A stretch of DNA of 20,000 nucleotides, taken from positions 118,810 to 138,809 of the IMG/VR virus record IMGVR_UViG_3300035126_001036; one strand, given 5' to 3'. The stretch is from an uncultured virus (IMG/VR IMGVR_UViG_3300035126_001036) (lineage: Duplodnaviria; Heunggongvirae; Uroviricota; Caudoviricetes). Positions 15,890 through 20,000 of this stretch are shown here, one piece after another; the stretch's first letter is position 1, and the number at the start of each line of letters is the position of its first letter. The notes beneath the pieces were generated by a model. The model was not told the origin of the DNA, searched no databases, and was given only the letters and a program-made list of their open reading frames with translations. The translations under genes and the position numbers were made by a program.

Positions 15890-17385
15890 TTTATAGGGCC
15901 GAAAGGTCCCAACCCATAAGTAAGACTCCCACAGTCCCAAATTTTCTCAAATCCCATTTCTCTGGCCTTCTCATACTCTGAACAATCATACGCCCCTATC
16001 AATTTCTTTTGAAACTTCATTCGATTGTGCCGCTCTAAACAATTCTTATCGACATAAAAATAAGAAGGCCCATTAACATGAATTAAATTGAAACCGTTTT
16101 TCTTATAAACATCACCATTAGAAATTCTTCGATCAGCATAACTTACAATAGAACCACCATAAGAATCAATAAAATTCTTCAACATCTTAGAAAATCCACC
16201 AACAACAGTAATTCCACCGAGACAGGCAAACCTAGAAAGTTCCCACTGATAATTTCGATTAAATCTAGAATTACAAAAAGTCATTACACAAACTAGTTTA
16301 TTCTCATAAAAAAGACCCAGTTTAATTTTACTTTTGTCTTCTCTTTGAATATGATTTTGGTTTAAAAAAGAATTCTTTAATGAAACGTCGATTTCGTTAA
16401 CAATACATTTTCGTGCATAAAGTCTCTTATTTAGACCCAATTTACTTTTGATAATATTTTGAACGATTTCTTTTTTAAATTTCCACTCATCACTATAAAA
16501 CTGTAATAGTTGTATTCCATTTTTACTACACTCTATTGTTTTCTGTAAATGATAAGAAGGACCTTTAATTAAACATTCTTTTTCTTCCCAAGGACGATAA
16601 AGATGAGAGTATAACCCATTATACTCAATTGCCAGATTATCTTCAGGTAAATAAAGATCTAATTCTTTCCCATTAAGAACAGAACGATTAGATTGTTGAA
16701 TTTCTTTATTGTAGATTGTTTTCAACCAATTATAAATCTCATTTTCTTCTTTACTAATCTTTTTGATTTTTCTTTCATAAGAATTTGAACTTCTGGTTTC
16801 AATTCCATGAACCTGCATCCATCTAGAAACGGTTCCTTTTGTGGTATTTAATTGTTCGGCAACTTCTTCTACTTTAAGACCCGAACTATAAAGAGCAGAT
16901 AGTTCTTCCTTGGACTGAAGAATTCGATTGGCATTTAGATTTCTTTGTCTTGCGTCAAAAAGATTATCTAGGCCATATTCTTTAAGTTTGTTTCGGATCG
17001 TGACCGGACTTGTTTTTAGATCACTTGCAATCTGGTCTACTGATTTTTGAGCAACAATTCTTTCATTATATAGAGTCTCTTTTGTAATGATTGGAGATTT
17101 TACTTTTAAAGAGTGGTCATTATTATAAAATCTTCTAAATCCTTGTTCTGGATAGGTATAGTTAAGGTTGGCTGCTAGGCCACAACCACATTCACATAAA
17201 GGAACTTTTTTGATGTCATTCAGAACAACATAGGCTCGGTGCTTGTTTTGAATCTTTTCATAATGTTTATCCATAAAGAAAGTTTGATTTCTTAATTCAG
17301 AAACAAATTCTTTGTTCTTTACAAGCGACGCAAAGAGACTTTTATCACTCCATGAGGCTTTAACCAATTCTTTGAAATTGTCCAT
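15886..17385 (-). CDS. Hef-like putative homing endonuclease: Cys cluster, HTH repeats, Vsr/DUF559-like nuclease and Mom-like GNAT domain
   Basis: 499 aa; CECGCG; two HTH-like segments (SVDQIASDLKTSPVTIRNKL; KVEEVAEQLNTTKGTVSRWM); ELDLYLPEDNLAIEYNGLYSH nuclease motif; C-terminal YARKC...FLNQNHIQ...WELSRFA...VVGGFSKM...IVSYADRR...GDVYKKNGF...KIWDCG. Confidence 0.75.
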   Translation of the reverse strand: MDNFKELVKASWSDKSLFASLVKNKEFVSELRNQTFFMDKHYEKIQNKHRAYVVLNDIKKVPLCECGCGLAANLNYTYPEQGFRRFYNNDHSLKVKSPIITKETLYNERIVAQKSVDQIASDLKTSPVTIRNKLKEYGLDNLFDARQRNLNANRILQSKEELSALYSSGLKVEEVAEQLNTTKGTVSRWMQVHGIETRSSNSYERKIKKISKEENEIYNWLKTIYNKEIQQSNRSVLNGKELDLYLPEDNLAIEYNGLYSHLYRPWEEKECLIKGPSYHLQKTIECSKNGIQLLQFYSDEWKFKKEIVQNIIKSKLGLNKRLYARKCIVNEIDVSLKNSFLNQNHIQREDKSKIKLGLFYENKLVCVMTFCNSRFNRNYQWELSRFACLGGITVVGGFSKMLKNFIDSYGGSIVSYADRRISNGDVYKKNGFNLIHVNGPSYFYVDKNCLERHNRMKFQKKLIGAYDCSEYEKAREMGFEKIWDCGSLTYGLGPFGPIN

Positions 17386-17390
17386 AAATA
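17384..17390 (+). promoter_or_regulatory. T4-type late promoter (ATAAATA) for gp3, overlapping the antisense gene start codon
   Basis: CATAAATA: CAT (17383-17385) is the minus-strand ATG; the box lies 18 nt upstream of the gp3 ATG. Confidence 0.65.
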
Positions 17391-17408
17391 GTTAAAAGAG
17401 TTTATGAA

Positions 17409-17981
17409 ATGCCTGAATTTCCTTATTTGAAGCCAGATAGACAAATAGAGAACCGAAATTTTCTTCAGCCCACTCAGTTCTTATTTACTCTATCAAGAAC
17501 TCCCAAAGTTTCTTTTTATTCTAACAGAGCAAACATCCCCTCAATGAATTTGGGAATTGCGGATTTCCCCACTCCCTTCAGAGACCTACAAGAACCTGGG
17601 GACAAGATTACCTTTGAGGACTTGAATCTTCAGTTCTTGGTGGATGAAAATCTAGAAAATTATTTAGAGATTCATAAGTGGATTAAAGGTCTTGGATACC
17701 CAGAAGATCTTCATCAAATTTATGATTTACAAAGAGACAATGTAGAAAGTGGTTATGGAAGTATCAATCCAGGGCTAGGAATTTATTCGGACGGTACTCT
17801 TCAGGTACTAAATAGCAGTCAGAGACCTAATTTCTTGGTGAAGTATTTTAATCTCTTCCCCTATGGTCTCACCACTTTGCTGTTTGATGCCACTCTGACT
17901 GCTTCCGATCCATTTACAGCAGAAGTTAAATTCAAGTATTCACACTACATTATTACTGATAATAAAGGAAACCCCCTATGA
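17409..17981 (+). CDS. gp3: Tail completion / sheath stabiliser protein
   Basis: 190 aa; IENRNFLQPTQFLF, ANIPSMNLG, PGDKITFEDLNLQFLVDENLENYLEIHKW, YSDGTLQVLNS; g23-g3-uvsY-uvsW synteny of cyanomyophages. Confidence 0.9.
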   Translation: MPEFPYLKPDRQIENRNFLQPTQFLFTLSRTPKVSFYSNRANIPSMNLGIADFPTPFRDLQEPGDKITFEDLNLQFLVDENLENYLEIHKWIKGLGYPEDLHQIYDLQRDNVESGYGSINPGLGIYSDGTLQVLNSSQRPNFLVKYFNLFPYGLTTLLFDATLTASDPFTAEVKFKYSHYIITDNKGNPL

Positions 17982-18403
17982 ACATAAATGAAATTGAAGA
18001 AATGTGGAAAATTGATTCTCAAATTGATCCGGATAATCTTCATGAAGAGGCCCTGAGAATTCCACAGTTACATGGTAGGTATCATGAAATGCAGAATAAG
18101 ACGTATATAAAAAAGAAACTCAAAGAGTCTGAATATAATAATCTATATGCAGAAAAGACTCATTATTACTTGGGGAAGTCCGATCCTCATGTCTACATAG
18201 AAAAACCTCTTGGTCATCGAATTATAAAGGCAGATCTTCCGATCTACTTAAACTCAGACGAAGAGCTAGTCAAACTTAAGACTCAGGTTGAATACTTGGG
18301 TTTTGTGATGTCTTACCTAACAGACATTTTGAAAATGATTCATAATCGATCATTTCAAATTCGTGATTCAATTGAATGGAGTAAATTTATCGCAGGACAG
18401 TAA
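17978..18403 (+). CDS. uvsY: Recombination mediator UvsY
   Basis: 141 aa; MWKIDSQIDPDNLHEEALRIPQLH, YLNSDEEL, IHNRSFQIRDSIEWSKFIAG. Confidence 0.92.
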   Translation: MNINEIEEMWKIDSQIDPDNLHEEALRIPQLHGRYHEMQNKTYIKKKLKESEYNNLYAEKTHYYLGKSDPHVYIEKPLGHRIIKADLPIYLNSDEELVKLKTQVEYLGFVMSYLTDILKMIHNRSFQIRDSIEWSKFIAGQ

Positions 18404-19870
18404 ATGTCAGACGTAATTATTGAAAAGAAAAATGAGGTCTATAATCGCCTCATTTGCGAACCGCATGTTCTATACGAATTGGCTCCCTATTTTACCTTTG
18501 AGGTTCCGGGGGCCAAGTTTTCCCCGGCATATAAAAGAGGTGGTTGGAATGGCCAGATTAGTCTTTTGTCCAAGACCAATGGAGAAATCTATTGTGGTTT
18601 AATTGATAAGATTATTGAAAAAATTAAGGCTTATGGCTATTCTTATGAATTTAAAAATAGTAAGTTCTTTGGCTGTCCTTTTGAGGTTAATGAACAAATC
18701 ACCAAAGAAGGTGTGGCCGAGTTTGTTAAGGCCCTAGGAAAAAAATCAGGTCTGGATCCTTATGATTATCAGATTGGAACTGTTTATGAATGTTTAAGAT
18801 ACAATAGAAAAACAATTGTTTCGGCTACTTCTTCTGGTAAATCTTTTATGATTTACTGTATCGCAAGATATTACTTGATGAAGGGTTTGAGAATTCTTTG
18901 TGTATTTCCTACCACATCACTGATACATCAGATGTATAATGACTGGATTGAGTATGGATATGATTCCGAATCAAACATTCATATGATTTATGCTGGGCAA
19001 AATCATAAGACAGATAAATCAGTAACCTACAGTACTTGGCAGGGGATTTACGAGAATCCAAAGTCCTTTTATGATAATTATGACGTTATCATGGTTGATG
19101 AATGTCACGGAGTAAAGTCCAAGAGTCTCATCAATATTATGAAAAACTGCCATGAGATCAAATACCGTTTTGGTTTTACTGGTACTCTCAGTAACAATGA
19201 TGATGGAAAAGCCTGTAATGAATTGACAATTACTGGTCTATTTGGTCCCCCTTATCGGGCCATTAATACCAAAGAATTGATTGAAAAGGGTAGAGCCGCA
19301 AAATTAGATATTAAGTGTTTGGTATTAAAGCACAAAGAACAAAAGTTTGCGAATTATGAAGAAGAAGTTCAGTTTCTGATTACTAGTGAGAAGAGAAATA
19401 ATTACTTAAAAAATCTTGCATTGAATTTAAAAGGAAACACTCTTTTGATTTTCTCAAGAGTAGAGACTCATGGGGAAGTTCTTTACAATTTAATTAAGAA
19501 TGCCGCAGATGATAAAAGAAAGATATTCTTTGTTCATGGTGGAGTAGAGGCAAAAGAAAGAGAAGAAGTTCGCGGTATTGTAGAGAGAGAAAATAATGCG
19601 ATTATTGTTGCATCTTATGGAGTTTTTAGCACCGGAATTTCAATTAAGAATCTTAACAACATCATCTTTGGATTTCCAAGTAAAGGAAAGATTAGAGTAT
19701 TGCAAACAATTGGTCGAGGATTAAGAAAGTCAAAAACCAAAGATAAATGTATTCTTTATGATATTGCGGATGATTGTGGGAAGAATTATACTTTAAACCA
19801 CTTTATAGAAAGAGTGAAATTATACAATGAAGAAGAGTTTGAGTATGATATTTATAATATTACTCTATGA
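18404..19870 (+). CDS. uvsW: SF2 DNA helicase UvsW
   Basis: 488 aa; FTFEVPGAKF, Walker A ATSSGKS, DECH box, FGFTGTL, ASYGVFSTGISIKNL, QTIGRGLR. Confidence 0.96.
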   Translation: MSDVIIEKKNEVYNRLICEPHVLYELAPYFTFEVPGAKFSPAYKRGGWNGQISLLSKTNGEIYCGLIDKIIEKIKAYGYSYEFKNSKFFGCPFEVNEQITKEGVAEFVKALGKKSGLDPYDYQIGTVYECLRYNRKTIVSATSSGKSFMIYCIARYYLMKGLRILCVFPTTSLIHQMYNDWIEYGYDSESNIHMIYAGQNHKTDKSVTYSTWQGIYENPKSFYDNYDVIMVDECHGVKSKSLINIMKNCHEIKYRFGFTGTLSNNDDGKACNELTITGLFGPPYRAINTKELIEKGRAAKLDIKCLVLKHKEQKFANYEEEVQFLITSEKRNNYLKNLALNLKGNTLLIFSRVETHGEVLYNLIKNAADDKRKIFFVHGGVEAKEREEVRGIVERENNAIIVASYGVFSTGISIKNLNNIIFGFPSKGKIRVLQTIGRGLRKSKTKDKCILYDIADDCGKNYTLNHFIERVKLYNEEEFEYDIYNITL

Positions 19871-19999
19871 ATACCACTCCTCGGCTTCTTTTTTTGTCAT
19901 AAAGAAATGAATTCCTGAAGTACAATCAACCCTAATGTCGTCATTAAAGGCATCGGCATAAACAACTTCTCCTTCTTTATATTCTAATTTCTTTTCAGT
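19865..19999 (-). CDS. 3' end of a DUF5758-like protein (often pentapeptide-repeat associated), partial
   Basis: Minus-strand hand translation: TEKKLEYKEGEVVYADAFNDDIRVDCTSGIHFFMTKKEAEEWYS*; the C-x-x-GIHFF-x-T-x-x-EA motif is characteristic; overlaps the uvsW stop convergently. Confidence 0.7.
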   Translation of the reverse strand, partial: TEKKLEYKEGEVVYADAFNDDIRVDCTSGIHFFMTKKEAEEWYS

Positions 20000-20000
20000 A

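Noticed and set aside
7110..17814. Intragenic CTAAATA matches at 7110-7116 and 17808-17814
   Set aside because: Could be internal late promoters, but a 7-mer is expected by chance in AT-rich coding DNA, so they were not called.
251..19870. Introns or inteins in gp18, gp20, gp23 or uvsW; tRNA genes
   Set aside because: The genes are uninterrupted and of typical length, and no cloverleaf was recognised in the short intergenic gaps.

Overview
Virion-morphogenesis region of a T4-like cyanomyovirus (Kyanoviridae-like; a freshwater Synechococcus/Cyanobium host is an inference). The AT-rich backbone runs: terminase gp17 (3' end), tail sheath gp18, tail tube gp19, portal gp20, small core protein, [insert], conserved virion protein, prohead protease gp21, scaffold gp22, major capsid gp23, [decayed endonuclease fragment plus antisense Hef-like nuclease/GNAT gene], tail completion gp3, UvsY, UvsW, and the 3' end of an antisense DUF5758-like gene. 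T4-type late promoters (CTAAATA/ATAAATA) precede most units. The main anomaly is a ~6.7 kb block of putative fibre/decoration genes inside the head module. Its distal ~4.3 kb (about 7295-11600) is GC-rich and looks foreign. It carries a fibre-like gene, a putative chaperone, three tandem paralogous genes built as conserved arm / AT-richer variable core / conserved arm, and two tiny hydrophobic ORFs, mostly chained by ATGA overlaps. In all four variable genes the upstream arm is G-skewed and the downstream arm C-skewed, partly through synonymous codon choice. This suggests a recombination-driven cassette-swapping system for receptor-binding modules with no RT or invertase in the window. All family calls come from motif recognition and synteny, not database searches.
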